Shown here: one piece after another, positions 10,477-22,293 of the stretch
Layout of the letters: each line of letters begins with the position of its first letter
Position numbering within the stretch: the stretch's first letter is position 1
From: an uncultured Methanoregulaceae archaeon
Lineage (GTDB): Archaea; Halobacteriota; Methanomicrobia; Methanomicrobiales; Methanospirillaceae
DNA: 64,000 nt
Direction of reading: 5' to 3'
NCBI GenBank assembly: GCA_963737635.1
Contig: CAVTTL010000001.1
Location: forward strand, 768,001 to 832,000
Notes under the pieces: model-generated
What the model saw: only the letters and a program-made list of their open reading frames with translations
Database searches by the model: none
What the model was told of the DNA's origin: nothing
Position numbers and translations under genes: made by a program

Positions 10477-10947
10477 ATGAACGAGAACGAAAGAAACACC
10501 AAAGGATCGGGACCCGGTATTCGAATGCTGGGCATTCTTGCGATCCTCGGTTTCTGTTTAATTGCACTGGTTCCCGTTGTTGCGGCAACTGCGGTGACAC
10601 CCACCGCTACTGCATCGGACCCCTGGTCTGGGACCTGGAACACTGCGGGGAGTACAACAAATGCCGACCAGACTCTTGGAGTACTTACCCTTACCCGGAC
10701 CGGCTCATCGGTGACCGGGACCTATAGCAACGGTGACAACGGCAAAGGTACGATCAGCGGCACCATTACCGGAAACCGGCTTACCGGCACATGGACCACG
10801 AATTATGGCACCGCATCTGATACCGGGTCATTTGTATTTGTGCTGTCCAACGATAAAAAATCGTTTACCGGCCGGTGGGTTTCCATCTCCGATACGACGC
10901 ATACCCTCGATACTACTCCGGAACAATGGGACGGAGTGAGGAGATAA
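10477..10947 (+). CDS. Secreted beta-rich protein, paralog 2
   Basis: Mature domain nearly identical to 9869-10333; Sec-type signal without the lipobox; RBS GGTGAGGAG. Confidence 0.8.
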   Translation: MNENERNTKGSGPGIRMLGILAILGFCLIALVPVVAATAVTPTATASDPWSGTWNTAGSTTNADQTLGVLTLTRTGSSVTGTYSNGDNGKGTISGTITGNRLTGTWTTNYGTASDTGSFVFVLSNDKKSFTGRWVSISDTTHTLDTTPEQWDGVRR

Positions 10948-10949
10948 CC

Positions 10950-11570
10950 ATGAACACGAATGAAAGAAACCGTATACTGATGCTAGGTATACTCGTAATC
11001 ATCGGTTTCTGTTGTATTGTAATAGTTTCCCCTGTTGCGGCAGTATATCCCAACGACGAATGGCTCACGAACAACGTGACCGTGTTAGCAAATTGCACTG
11101 AGTATGCCTACATCGGCGAGGATACTATGTATGATGAAACCTTCTTCGCCGTTATAGGAAATGGACAGTATAACGGTACACAACCGGCGTGGAACTGGAC
11201 CATGGACCCCAACTACCCTAGCCCACCGCGTCGGTATTACATGGAGCAAATGGACGTCCTCAACTCCTCGGGGAATGAATCTTGGTATCCCGCTAGTGTG
11301 CTGGACGGCGATTGGGGGTGGGAGTTTGTCAACACTCTCGACATGAATGCAACTATCTACAAGAGAGCTCTTGCCGGCTATGTCAATCACTACCCCGGGT
11401 TTGGGCAGTACTATGCCTGGTACGGTAACAAGACAGCCGCCTATATGGATTACAATGATATGGACAACTGGCTCGTCCCAACCTATCAGAATGCAACGTA
11501 CCTTGTCAACCTGTCGGTCAACTGGACTGACCCGTACAGTGATACTTATTGTGGCCCCATCCAATCATAA
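10950..11570 (+). CDS. Secreted aromatic-rich hypothetical protein
   Basis: Signal peptide ending PVAA; Tyr/Trp/Asn-rich with many N-x-S/T sequons. Confidence 0.7.
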   Translation: MNTNERNRILMLGILVIIGFCCIVIVSPVAAVYPNDEWLTNNVTVLANCTEYAYIGEDTMYDETFFAVIGNGQYNGTQPAWNWTMDPNYPSPPRRYYMEQMDVLNSSGNESWYPASVLDGDWGWEFVNTLDMNATIYKRALAGYVNHYPGFGQYYAWYGNKTAAYMDYNDMDNWLVPTYQNATYLVNLSVNWTDPYSDTYCGPIQS

Positions 11571-11803
11571 CAACCATCAATTTTTTTAAGGTACTGGTAA
11601 AACATCAGGCTGCTCGGTTACCTTGCGCTCACCTCTTCCATTACCTCTACTGTTCCTCTATCTCCCCATGGTAGTCACTATTCTTTCCGGTTTTATCGGG
11701 CAGGGATCCATAATACAGTGAACGAAACTTACGCCATCAGATAGTGGCCGGAAAAAGAAGGGAGCACACGTGTTTTCGGAAGAACATCCTCTATCGCATT
11801 CAA

Positions 11804-11824
11804 TTAACCATATAATATTGTTTA
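11804..11824. promoter_or_regulatory. Candidate operator TTAACCA-N7-TTGTTTA
   Basis: Matches the sites at 2640 and 9821; lies upstream of the methyltransferase. Confidence 0.5.
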
Positions 11825-11897
11825 ACAAACATCGCTAACGAGATTTATAAGGACGGACCGGAGATGGCCCGGATCCACGTGTAGCCGGGAAACCCGG

Positions 11898-12767
11898 ATG
11901 TATGTTTTGAGAGGCCCGATGCAGGACGTCAGCACAATAGACTGGAACGAAGTCTGGAAAGAGCGGGAGCGGGAAAAACGATCCCAGGACGAGTGTACCA
12001 GCTGTGCTGATAGATGGTTGGACCCTGAGCGGTGCAGAAAATTCGACCGGATGGTCAAGGAAGATAACTGGAGAGACGCATGGGAACGGATCAGTACCAT
12101 GAAGATCACCCCGGACTCCATAGTTCTGGATATCGGCGCCGGCCCCGGGACGCTCGCGATCCCGCTTTCCGGCATGGTCCGACATGTCACGGCTGTTGAA
12201 CCCTCCGCCGGGATGCTCGAATGCCTTCATGAAAATATCCGAGAACGGAATATACACAATATTACAACCATCCAGAAAAAATGGGAAGAGGTCAATCCCG
12301 ATACCGATCTCGATCCCCCGTATGACGTGGTGTTCGCATCCTATTCGCTGGGTGTGATGGACCTGCAGGCCGCCCTTGAAAAGATGAATGCAGTCTCCGG
12401 CAAATACGTCTACATTTTCTGGTTTGCCGATCTGGTATCCCCCCGTCACCGGCAGTATCTCGAGATATGGGAGGAGCTCTTCGGGGAACACCCAGCTTTA
12501 AACCGGACGCCCAACATCATCTTTAACCTGCTGTACCAGATGGGAATCTCCGCTAATGTTGAAATTTCCCGGACTAATCGTACCATCAAGTTTTCAAGTC
12601 TCGAAGAAGCAGTGGAGGATCAGCGGGATGTCCTGCATCTTAAAGACGAGGGCCAAATTATCATCCTTAAAAAATACCTCCAGAAAAAGCTGCGGTACGA
12701 AAACGGGCAGTATTTCATGGAAATGCAGGCCTCCCAGGCAAAAATCTGGTGGGAGAAAGAGAGCTGA
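11898..12767 (+). CDS. Class I SAM-dependent methyltransferase
   Basis: VLDIGAGPGTL, VTAVEPSAGM, YDVVFAS. Confidence 0.9.
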   Translation: MYVLRGPMQDVSTIDWNEVWKEREREKRSQDECTSCADRWLDPERCRKFDRMVKEDNWRDAWERISTMKITPDSIVLDIGAGPGTLAIPLSGMVRHVTAVEPSAGMLECLHENIRERNIHNITTIQKKWEEVNPDTDLDPPYDVVFASYSLGVMDLQAALEKMNAVSGKYVYIFWFADLVSPRHRQYLEIWEELFGEHPALNRTPNIIFNLLYQMGISANVEISRTNRTIKFSSLEEAVEDQRDVLHLKDEGQIIILKKYLQKKLRYENGQYFMEMQASQAKIWWEKES

Positions 12768-12957
12768 AATACCCAGGGAAGGGTTCCTCACCCGGCCGGT
12801 TGAATTCCTGAACGTTGACTTTCTCATATCACCACTCGTTCAGTAGGTTTCCCGGCGCAACTGCCCGTTCAGTCATTGTATTTAATAAATGGAAAAGTTA
12901 GTACAATATTATAGATATGGCTTCCAATTTTACGTACCCGGACAAAGGGGGCAAAAA

Positions 12958-14613
12958 ATGAAAACCGGATATTTAATCACTATCGTTATTCTGGTGAGCC
13001 TGCAGGTACTCTTTGGCATCCCGGTGGCTGCGTCCGGGGATTCCTGCACCCTTACCATGCTTTCCATTCCTAACGGAGCCGCAATCAGTATTGACGGGAC
13101 GCTTATCGGCACCACTCCCCAGCAGGCACTTGATCTTTCCTGTGGCAATCATACGGTAGTACTGAGCGCAAACGGCTTTTCAAATTACGTTGACAATGTG
13201 ACCCTGGAACCCGGAAATCCCCAGACAATCGTTGGAAATCTCCTGAATGTCGGGGATCGCGGCAGCGTCTATATCAGATCAGACCCCCCGGGAGGGGACA
13301 TTTATGTTGACGGTGTCCTGCGAGGCACAACACCGCTCCTGCTTGATGCACTCTACCCCGGCCCCCATGCTATCCTGATCCGGAAAACCGGCTATCAGGA
13401 TTATAACGATATCGTAACTGCAGGGCCAGGACTGACACCGGAGTACAACGAGTTCCTAGTCCCACTTCCGCAGACCGGGTTCCTGGGTGTTGTATCCTCT
13501 CCCAGCGGGGCAACGGCCTTCCTCGATGGTACCCTGCTTGGGACAACACCGACTGTGCTCTCCAGAGTTGCCGCAGGCGAACACACTATCCTTGTCCAGG
13601 AACAGGGTTACAGGAACTCCACGCAGACTGTTGAAGTACAGGGAGGTACATCCGGGCTTGCACAGGTGTATCTCGAAAAAATTCCCGATACAGGAACTAT
13701 TATCATCGACTCTTCGCCCGGCGGTGCTGCTTTGTATCTGAACGACACGTACAAAACCGTGACACCGGCAAACTTTGAAGATGTCCCCGCAGGGAATTAC
13801 ACCCTTTCCTTCCAGAAGCCTAATTACACTACCCAGAATCTCTCCTTCACCCTTTCCGGCGGTGAAACCCTTGAAATTTATGCAACACTCAGCACCGATC
13901 CCAACGATACCAGTCAGCCATCTGTCCAGAGTTACAATAGTAATGGGAATGATACTTCAGATGCAGCCGGGACGGGACCGATCATTGAAAAAACCTACAG
14001 CTGGTACTCACTGGGCCATGCACAGACCATTACCCTGCATATACCGCAGAGCCTGTATGATTATTACCAGAACCAGTCGCATGCGACTTCTGCTGCGATG
14101 CTGAGCACGTATGCCCTCAGCGACGAGGACCAATTCTACCTGCATGAATTAGTCGGGCAGCTCAAGGATACCAGCGGGAACCAGAATCTTGCTGCACGTA
14201 ACGATTACCACAATGTCGTCGCGTTTGTACAGTCCGTTCCTTATGCATTGCATACGGACCCTTCGACCGGTCAGGCCACTACTGATGCGAATGACTACTG
14301 GAAATATCCGGTTGAGACTCTTGTTCAGGGAAACGGGGACTGCGTTGACGATGCGATCCTGGCAGCTTCCCTGCTCAAAGAAATGAACTATGATGTTGCG
14401 ATCGTACTGCTCCCCCAGGTGAGCGGCGAACCGGCAGGTCACGCAGTAGTCGGCATTGCCTGCGACAACTGTAACGGATACTATTACCCGATCAATGGCA
14501 AGAAGTATTATTATCTGGACCTGACTGCTCCAGGTCTGGCCCTTGGCAAAATGAGTTACCCGGGACAGCAGGATATGTATGCCAATGTTCCTGCGCAGGT
14601 CGTCGTGCTTTGA
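12958..14613 (+). CDS. Secreted protein with four PEGA repeats and a C-terminal transglutaminase-like cysteine-protease domain
   Basis: Repeats S.P.GA..Y.DG...GTTP; YPVETL..GNGDCVDDAIL, GHAVVG, YYYLDLT (Cys-His-Asp). Confidence 0.85.
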   Translation: MKTGYLITIVILVSLQVLFGIPVAASGDSCTLTMLSIPNGAAISIDGTLIGTTPQQALDLSCGNHTVVLSANGFSNYVDNVTLEPGNPQTIVGNLLNVGDRGSVYIRSDPPGGDIYVDGVLRGTTPLLLDALYPGPHAILIRKTGYQDYNDIVTAGPGLTPEYNEFLVPLPQTGFLGVVSSPSGATAFLDGTLLGTTPTVLSRVAAGEHTILVQEQGYRNSTQTVEVQGGTSGLAQVYLEKIPDTGTIIIDSSPGGAALYLNDTYKTVTPANFEDVPAGNYTLSFQKPNYTTQNLSFTLSGGETLEIYATLSTDPNDTSQPSVQSYNSNGNDTSDAAGTGPIIEKTYSWYSLGHAQTITLHIPQSLYDYYQNQSHATSAAMLSTYALSDEDQFYLHELVGQLKDTSGNQNLAARNDYHNVVAFVQSVPYALHTDPSTGQATTDANDYWKYPVETLVQGNGDCVDDAILAASLLKEMNYDVAIVLLPQVSGEPAGHAVVGIACDNCNGYYYPINGKKYYYLDLTAPGLALGKMSYPGQQDMYANVPAQVVVL

Positions 14614-14677
14614 AGACAGGTGAGAGGTTGAGGAATGTGATCGGTATACAAGAGCGAAATCCCGGGAGGACTCAAGC

Positions 14678-15550
14678 ATGAGTACGAGGAAACAAATGGC
14701 AGTCGAAGGATGCCGCCCACTTGTCCTTATCATTCTTATCTTACTCATGACCGGTTCAGCCGGGTGCATCAAGGCTGCGCAGAACGCCCTCAGCGGAGGA
14801 TCCCCGACCGGGGAATCATCCAGTCAACCGGTCGTGACCACTATGCCGACCGTGTCACAGGCCGATTTTCCGCAGAGTACTCCCACTGCCAGCCCTGTCT
14901 TCAACCTGACACCTGAAAAGTCGGATCTTGTTACTGAAGTGACCCCGGATGTAACCCCGGATCCTTATGTCTTCCCCCAGGCTATTCAGATCAATAAAAC
15001 CCCCCTGCAGTCTTCTTTCCTCTATAGGACGCCAGAGTTCAGGAAGATCTATACCCTCAGAGGCAATGCAATTGGTCTTCTCGTAAACGTGGTGCAGGGC
15101 CCTCTCTACATTGTCTATACAGTCAATCCAATGAACGATTGTCTTGAAGATGCGGAATCATGCCGGGGTTCAAATCCGACATATACGGATGCATCCGGCA
15201 ACTCATACACTACCGTCAACTCGGTCAACAACCCGTACATGACGATCACCGTCCGGGACAACCAGACAAATGAGATTGTAGCCGAGGACGGATACGGCCG
15301 GCAGTACAGCTCCGATACCGGCACATACCAGTTTTCCAACAATGGAAATCTATCCACGTCTGTTAACGGCCAAACGACGGTGACCTCCGTCTCAGTGCCG
15401 GGCCCCCGCTATATTCCGATTTACAGTGCGGGCCAGTTCCAGATCACTATGCAAGGAGATTATCTCTCTGTTGATCTCTCGATCATTACCGGTACATCGC
15501 TCAATCCACTGGACACGACGGAAAATTCCCAGAAAAATGCCCCGACATGA
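14678..15550 (+). CDS. Hypothetical lipoprotein
   Basis: SAGC lipobox followed by a Thr/Pro-rich linker. Confidence 0.7.
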   Translation: MSTRKQMAVEGCRPLVLIILILLMTGSAGCIKAAQNALSGGSPTGESSSQPVVTTMPTVSQADFPQSTPTASPVFNLTPEKSDLVTEVTPDVTPDPYVFPQAIQINKTPLQSSFLYRTPEFRKIYTLRGNAIGLLVNVVQGPLYIVYTVNPMNDCLEDAESCRGSNPTYTDASGNSYTTVNSVNNPYMTITVRDNQTNEIVAEDGYGRQYSSDTGTYQFSNNGNLSTSVNGQTTVTSVSVPGPRYIPIYSAGQFQITMQGDYLSVDLSIITGTSLNPLDTTENSQKNAPT

Positions 15551-15710
15551 GAATCGGGGGATAAACAATTCCGGGCCATTTCAACCTGCCAATTTGATCA
15601 AAGGAACTCCATAACAAAGATTTGTATTCAATAAACAGGGAATACAGCAATGCGAGATCCACCGGATCCCATAAATACCGGAGTGCCTGATGAGAAGGAT
15701 GATGATTGGA

Positions 15711-16271
15711 ATGAGTGATTACGAGACATTATTTAACAAGGCAAAAGAATTTCATGGGCATCTCTGCCCCGGCATCGTGCTCGGGACCCGGCTGACAATC
15801 GCCGGTCTGCGCGAGCTGGGCATGAACCCACATGAACCGATCCGCAACCTGATCGTGTATATGGAGATCGATCGCTGTGGCACCGATGCTGTCCAGGCTA
15901 TTACCGGGTGTTCTCTAGGCCACCGCAGCCTCAAGCATAAAGACTTTGGAAAATTTGCAGCCACTTTTGTGGATACCAATACCGGAAAAGCAGTCCGGGT
16001 ATCGATCCACGAGAAGAACCGGGCTGAGCACGACAAACTTGATCCAAAAGAGGTCATCAAAGTCCTTTCCAATGTCCCGGAAGACGAGATCCTGAAAATT
16101 GAACAGGTCAGGATCACCATACCAAAGGAGGACCTGCCTGGTTTCCCTATAGGAAAAGCGGTATGCAACAAATGCGGGGAGCAAATATCCGATAACCGGC
16201 AAACGGTATCTCACGGCAAAGTGTTCTGCAGAAACTGCGCCGGGGAATTGTACTATTCGATAATCAAATGA
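15711..16271 (+). CDS. fmdE: FmdE family protein with C-terminal Zn finger
   Basis: FHGHLCPG, EIDRCGTDAVQ, CNKCGE...CRNC. Confidence 0.9.
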   Translation: MSDYETLFNKAKEFHGHLCPGIVLGTRLTIAGLRELGMNPHEPIRNLIVYMEIDRCGTDAVQAITGCSLGHRSLKHKDFGKFAATFVDTNTGKAVRVSIHEKNRAEHDKLDPKEVIKVLSNVPEDEILKIEQVRITIPKEDLPGFPIGKAVCNKCGEQISDNRQTVSHGKVFCRNCAGELYYSIIK

Positions 16272-16388
16272 ACGATCCGAATTCCTTTTCTTAAAAAATT
16301 CCTTCTTTTTCGTTTTCTGGAAAAATGCACCAGACCTGAACGTGCTCATAATTGAGTATAGCCGTCACGTTTAAAAAAAGGAGATTTA

Positions 16389-16613
16389 TTAGTCCACGGC
16401 GATCATAACTTCGCTGGACTTAATGACTGCATAGGCCGGTACACCAACGGCAAGCCCGAGGTTTTCGACCGATTTCTTGGTAATGATCGAGGTGATTTCT
16501 TGTCCTCCGGGAAGCTCAATCGTGATCTCTGAGTTAACACTTCCCGGTATGATCCTCTTCACTTTACCTTTCAGCATGTTTCTCGCACTGATCTTCATAT
16601 TTTTTTTCACCAT
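16389..16613 (-). CDS. TOBE/Mop molybdate-binding protein
   Basis: MKISARNMLKGKV...SIITKKSVENLGL...AVIKSSEV. Confidence 0.92.
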   Translation of the reverse strand: MVKKNMKISARNMLKGKVKRIIPGSVNSEITIELPGGQEITSIITKKSVENLGLAVGVPAYAVIKSSEVMIAVD

Positions 16614-16845
16614 CGTTCACTTATGTGAAACCACTATTTGAAGATATGGATGCGGATAAGCCTACGACGAAAACGCTCCAATAAGGTAAACGTATAATTA
16701 TTTACAACATCAAAAAATCAAAAGACATCGCAATCCATTTTTAGTAAATATAGGCTTGAATAGACAAAATTTTCCTAATAAAACTATGTATAGTCCCTAG
16801 ATCAATATACAAAACTATTTAATAGAGAGAGAACGACTGTGGATT

Positions 16846-17236
16846 ATGGCAGCGGTGAAAGTATCCGGAACCGGGAACTTTCTTTTCCCGAAAGACGTCG
16901 GTCCGGGCACAGGCGTATTTGTCTGGATCATCTTTCTCTCGCTGATTCTTGCGGTCCTTTTTCTTCTCGATATCCTGACAACCCAGCTCATTCTTGGCAT
17001 GGGAGGGGTCGAGGCTCAATCCGGTAATGGCAGGAGTGGTCACTATACCACTTCTTCATATTATCCTTAAAATCGGAATTATTCTCCTCGTTGTTCCCGT
17101 TGCCCTTATCGCGGAGGCTCGGATAAAAGGATCGGCGACAGCACTTTATGCAGCACTGATAATCATGTATGCCATCGTGGTGCTCAATAACACCTCCATT
17201 CTTCTCCCTCACATTATAATTTCCTTCGCCGGGTAA
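16846..17236 (+). CDS. DUF5658-like membrane protein, frameshift near 17017
   Basis: LDILTT...GGVEA/NPVMAGVV...HIILK after removing one base. Confidence 0.65.
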
Positions 17237-17529
17237 CCTCTCAAAGTGAGGCGAACCACGAATCTCTCTTATGGACAGACAAAAATCGGGCTCTGTAGAA
17301 AACCTATCTAAAAAGGTTGTATCGATGTCCGAAAGAGCTAAGGTACGATGTCTCCTTACCCTTTTATGCAAACAAACGGTGAGGAGACACAATAGTGCCG
17401 AAAAACCGGTATATCAGGTTTGTTGAATTATCCTCCGGCTTGATCAAGGATTCGATCTTCATCCTGATTTGTCAACTGAGGAATTCCACAGAGTCGAAAT
17501 TTCCACAATACGTGATGGGGTGAAAGGAT

Positions 17530-18826
17530 TCATTTTCCGATAACCCGTACCTTGTTCATTTTTACCGGGGGAAGGATATAGGATCCGACAGCACGACTCT
17601 CTTTACCAAGGGCTGCAACCTGTAATTGGAGATCGAAGAAATTACCGGTGAGCATTGCTCCCCTGACCGGTTCCCCGAGTCCACCGTTCTTTACCCAGAA
17701 GGGGTTGGACATTTCTACTGAGAAGTCCCCGCTGAGGGGGTTTGCTGTATGTGCGCCTACGACACTGTGGACGTAGATTGCCGGCTCGTCGAATACTTCC
17801 TCCCGTTTACCGTCGACAACAAAATTGTGATGCCCAATCGCGGGGAGGCCGGCAAACCCGCCCCGGATGGCACTGCCCGGTGGATTGTTTCCCGGCCCGG
17901 TATGCGGTCTTGAGATCGTAAGCAAAGCCGGTAAGGACCCCGTCACTGAGAAAATCAAGCCGCCCGGTGGGTGTCCCCTCGGCATCAAACCACGTGCTTC
18001 CAGTAGCGCCTTTCCGGTGCGGCTCGTCGAACATTGAAAGCAGCGGTGCGGCGACGGTCTCCCCAATCCTCCCGGCCAACTTCGAACGGCCCTGCAATAC
18101 GTTTCGCCCACTTAGTGCCGGGACAAATATTCCTGAGAGGAGGTCCGCATATGCCATGGGGGAGAGTACAATATCATAGTCCCCTGACGGAATATCTGCC
18201 CCACCTGCAGATCGAAAAGCAAGGAAAGCTGCCTGTTCGCCAACCCGCCGGGGATCGATTTTCACCGGTGAGCAGGCGTGGTCGAATTCGTATCCCGTGG
18301 ACTGCCCGCTGATTGCTTCGAGCGAGATTGATACATCCGACTGCCGGGACGTATACCTGATACCATGACTGTTGGCAAAGGTAATCTCGCCGACAGAAAC
18401 CGCTGCCCCGCCCGAGGTTACCGTGGCATCCGGGTACGCCGTCGCTCCCTCAAGCATCCCGGCCAACAGATCCTGCGCAGTCGCCGGTTCAACTGCAAGA
18501 GACGGATCATACGCCAAATCCGTCTCTGGGAGATTGACCGGATCCGGCAGCCCGTGCCATTCCTGTGGCGTAGCAAGGCGGCCACCGGCAATAGCTGCGT
18601 CCAGGCAGGCCTGCCACTGTCCCGGATCGTTCGTGCTCGATGATCCTATCTTTCCTTTGTCGATAGTGCGGATGCACAGGCCTTTCTCAACCGAAGACGC
18701 GCAGATGCTCACCCGGCGCTGTTTCAAATCGGCAGAGACTGAGGTCCCGGAAAAACAATACACCTCAAGTTCGTCAACCCGCTGATCACCAGTCTTAAAG
18801 AGCTCTTCAATCCACGCCACTGCCAC
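17530..18826 (-). CDS. pmbA: TldE/PmbA family protein, frameshift near ~17870
   Basis: FDAEGTP and GAHTANPLSGDFS motifs; adjacent to tldD. Confidence 0.88.
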
Positions 18827-20146
18827 CCACCACCGCATCACGCAGGAGAACCAACGGGGCTCCATCGCTCACCGGCACAGTCTGCCCGCCTTTCCCACAG
18901 TATCCTGAGTGCATGACCCGTTTTCTGCCGCACAGGGCAATTCCATGGAGTGTTTTAAGGATCTCGCCTGAGAGCGAAACGTCCCGGACCATCTTTGTCC
19001 GCTCACCGTCCTCGATCATGTAGCCGTACTCCGCGTTGAACTGGAAGACTCCCCGGCCGGGTCAACCTGCCCTCCCCGTGAACCGGCAAGGAAGATCCCG
19101 TTTTTGCATTCCGAAAAGATCTCTTCGTCCGTCGCATCCCCGATCTCGATAAAGGTGTTGCTCATCCGGACAAGCGGCGGCTCCCCGGGCATTGCACGGG
19201 CATGTCCGGCCATACCATTTCCGACGGCAGCAAGAGTCTGTCGGTTGTGAATGAAGGCATTTACTTTCCCGGCACGGATGATCTCGGTTCGTCCGGCCGA
19301 GATTCCCTCGGCATCGATCGGCTCGAACCCGAATTCATGAAGGGACGGGTCGTCGACGATGGTAAGTCGGGCATCCCCGATCTTCTCGCCGATCCTGCCC
19401 TTCAGGACGGAATTGCCTTCTTCTATCAGATCTCCTTCACTTGCGTGGCCTACAGCCTCATGAGCAAAGACTCCGGCAAGTTCCGGATCCAGGACGGCAT
19501 GCATCTTCCCGCCTTTTGCAGCATGTGCATCTAACAGGGCAACAGCAGTCTGCGCAGCTTTCCTGCCCATCTCCTCACGGTGCCGGAGGTTGAAACCCCG
19601 GATGGTGTGATCCGGTTCATAACCCATCTGCACCGTGCCGTTCCGGGATGCAACGGCCATCACAGAAAATCCCGACCGGCAGATCTCGTAGCGGTATTCG
19701 CTGCCGGAGCTGTCCATGAACCTGACGTTTTCGATCCGTTCGAGATAATTTGCCCGCCGGCTGGTCACCAGCGGCTGATCCGCCGCCTTCTCGATAGCAA
19801 GGAGTAGATCTGCTTTTTCCTGGATGTCTACATCGCGGCAATCCTCTTTGACCGGGGGAACCGGGCGCACGAGCCGGGGTCCGTCTCCGAGAGTGACCGT
19901 ATCTTCGGTTACGAACGCAAGTTTTTGGGCAGTGGCAAGCAGCTCGTCGAATTTTTTGCCGGGTACATGCGTATAATTATCGAGCTGGAGGATTCCCCAT
20001 CCCCGGGGCCCGAGAACCCGGATCACTGCTTTGTTGAAAAAAACGGTACCGGCAGATTCTATTACACCTTTATCGACGTCGATATGCGTTGACTGGCCGC
20101 CGACCTGGCGCAGGTCATAGTACCGGATACCGTGTGGTTCGGTCAT
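18807..20146 (-). CDS. tldD: TldD family metalloprotease, frameshift near ~19050
   Basis: [35 protein letters not shown]. Confidence 0.9.
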
Positions 20147-22101
20147 GCCGTCGTCGTATTGATGGCCGGGGCATCGGCAAACACCGACGTCGACCGGATC
20201 GCCATCTTCTTGAGTTTGGATAGGAATCCTTCCATATTCTCCGGAACAAGCGCCTGTTTGAGCACCTCATCGATGGTATCGACCGGGATGATCGTTACGA
20301 GAGGCTTGTACTGCTCCTCGATCAGGACATCATTGAGATTCATCCGGGGGATGAGCACGGTCTTTATCCCGGCCTTTACTGCCGCCTCGATCTTGTAGGT
20401 CACACCGCCGACCGGAAGCACGTCACCCCTAACGGAAAGGGAGCCGGTCATCGCTATATCCTGCCGTACAGGTATTCCCTCGATGGCGCTGATCACGGCG
20501 GTCGCAACGCTGATGGATGCGGAATCACCCTCGACACCCATGTACGTACCAATGAACTGGATATGGATATCGATGTTCTTCACATCCTTGCCTGTGAATT
20601 TTTTCAGGATGGCGCTGACGTTCTTGATGGACTCTTGCGCGATCTCCTTAAGCAGCCCGGTCGCAATAACTTCCCCGCCTTCTTTCCCGATGGCCGGTGT
20701 TACTTCTGCCATTATCGGCAGGACCGATCCGGCGTCACTGCCAGTAACGGCAAGACCGTTCACCCGGCCGATCCGGGTTCCCTCGACCACGGTCATCTCG
20801 TATTCACGGAGGTGCCGGGTGACTTCATCGGAGACCTGGTCTTCGATCGATCGTGCTGTTTTCTTAGCCGTGATGACGTGGGCTGCTGTTGTGAGTGTTG
20901 CTCCTTCCTGCCGGGCAATGTCACCGGCGACCCGGATAAGACCACCCATATCACGGAGTTTTAAAGTCAGGTGTCCCTTGCGGTTTGAGCGCCGGCGGGC
21001 CTCGCGGATAATCTCGTCGATGGCACTCTTGTCGAAATGCGGGATCTTCGCGTCATTTTTGACTTCCTGCGCAATGAACCGGATGTACTTCTGTTGGTTC
21101 TCGGGAGTGTCTTCCATGCTTTCGGCCATGTAGACCTCGTACCCATATCCGCGGATACGGGAGCGCAGCGCCGGGTGCATTCCCTGGATTGCATCAAGGT
21201 TTCCTGCGGCGATCATAACAAATCTGCAGGGAACCGGTTCGGTCCTCACCATAGCGCCACTGGATCGTTCGCTCTGGCCGGTAATGGGAAACTCTCCTTC
21301 CTGAAGTGCGGTCAACAGGTTTTGCTGGGAGTGCGGATCCAGAGTATTTATCTCGTCGATAAAGAGCACCCCACCGTTTGACCGGTGAATGGCACCCGCC
21401 TCTACCCGGTCATGCGCCGGGGTTTCGAGGCCGCCGCTCTGGAACGGATCGTGCCTGACATCCCCTAAAAGGGCACCGGCATGGGTACCGGTACCGTCGA
21501 TGAACGGTGCATTACTCTTCACATCATTTGAGACCAGCAGCTTCGGTACCATTGCTTCCTCGCGGGGCATCGTATACCGGAGCGCCATGAAGACAAACGC
21601 TGCTGCAATAATCCCCATAAGCCACTGGTACGTGATAAACGCATAGCCGATGATGCCGATAACGAGGATCAGGAGAAGGGTGTTCCTGAACTGGATCTTT
21701 TTCTTTGCCTCGATCTTATGGGCAGCGACAATCTGCTTGCCCCGTCCGGCGGCTACTGTCCGTATAATAGGATTATTGGGATCATCGGAGTTCGGGTAGA
21801 CAAGGATATCCTGGAGTTCCTCTTTTGGCAGGAGTTCGGCCATCGCTTTTGCAAGCATTGATTTGCCGGTTCCCGGGCTCCCGATCATCATGACATGCCG
21901 GCGCTGGGTTGCGGCTTTCCGGATTACTTCAACCGCACGCTCCTGGCCGATAACCTGATCAATCAGCTTTGGCGGGACCTGAATCAGGGAGGACGCCCCT
22001 TCGATATTTTGTGCTACCGGCTCCGCAGATTCGGGCTCATGCAGCGGAGCTTGAGGGAGTTCGGTTTCCTGCATCGGTTCTTCTGGTTTTGCATTTTCCA
22101 T
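20143..22101 (-). CDS. lonB: Membrane-anchored ATP-dependent protease LonB
   Basis: GSPGTGKS, a TM insertion, FIDEI, VEGDSAS (catalytic Ser), GGVTYK. Confidence 0.97.
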   Translation of the reverse strand: MENAKPEEPMQETELPQAPLHEPESAEPVAQNIEGASSLIQVPPKLIDQVIGQERAVEVIRKAATQRRHVMMIGSPGTGKSMLAKAMAELLPKEELQDILVYPNSDDPNNPIIRTVAAGRGKQIVAAHKIEAKKKIQFRNTLLLILVIGIIGYAFITYQWLMGIIAAAFVFMALRYTMPREEAMVPKLLVSNDVKSNAPFIDGTGTHAGALLGDVRHDPFQSGGLETPAHDRVEAGAIHRSNGGVLFIDEINTLDPHSQQNLLTALQEGEFPITGQSERSSGAMVRTEPVPCRFVMIAAGNLDAIQGMHPALRSRIRGYGYEVYMAESMEDTPENQQKYIRFIAQEVKNDAKIPHFDKSAIDEIIREARRRSNRKGHLTLKLRDMGGLIRVAGDIARQEGATLTTAAHVITAKKTARSIEDQVSDEVTRHLREYEMTVVEGTRIGRVNGLAVTGSDAGSVLPIMAEVTPAIGKEGGEVIATGLLKEIAQESIKNVSAILKKFTGKDVKNIDIHIQFIGTYMGVEGDSASISVATAVISAIEGIPVRQDIAMTGSLSVRGDVLPVGGVTYKIEAAVKAGIKTVLIPRMNLNDVLIEEQYKPLVTIIPVDTIDEVLKQALVPENMEGFLSKLKKMAIRSTSVFADAPAINTTTA

Positions 22102-22293
22102 TGGAGATTTTACCTCTTTTACCCTTCAGTGTGCATATACTTTGACGCATGATAGTTTAAGTACTTTCAGCAGTATGCAATGATCCTGATTTTGCCTCCG
22201 AAAAGACCCATGCAAAAATAATACTACCGCAGGATGCAATAGTAAGGCAGGGAAAGGGAGTCCCACATTATCCCGGGGAACAGGTTCGTTAAC

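Noticed and set aside
16988-17392. 134-aa minus-strand ORF
   Set aside because: Antisense to the DUF5658-like gene, with no recognisable features.
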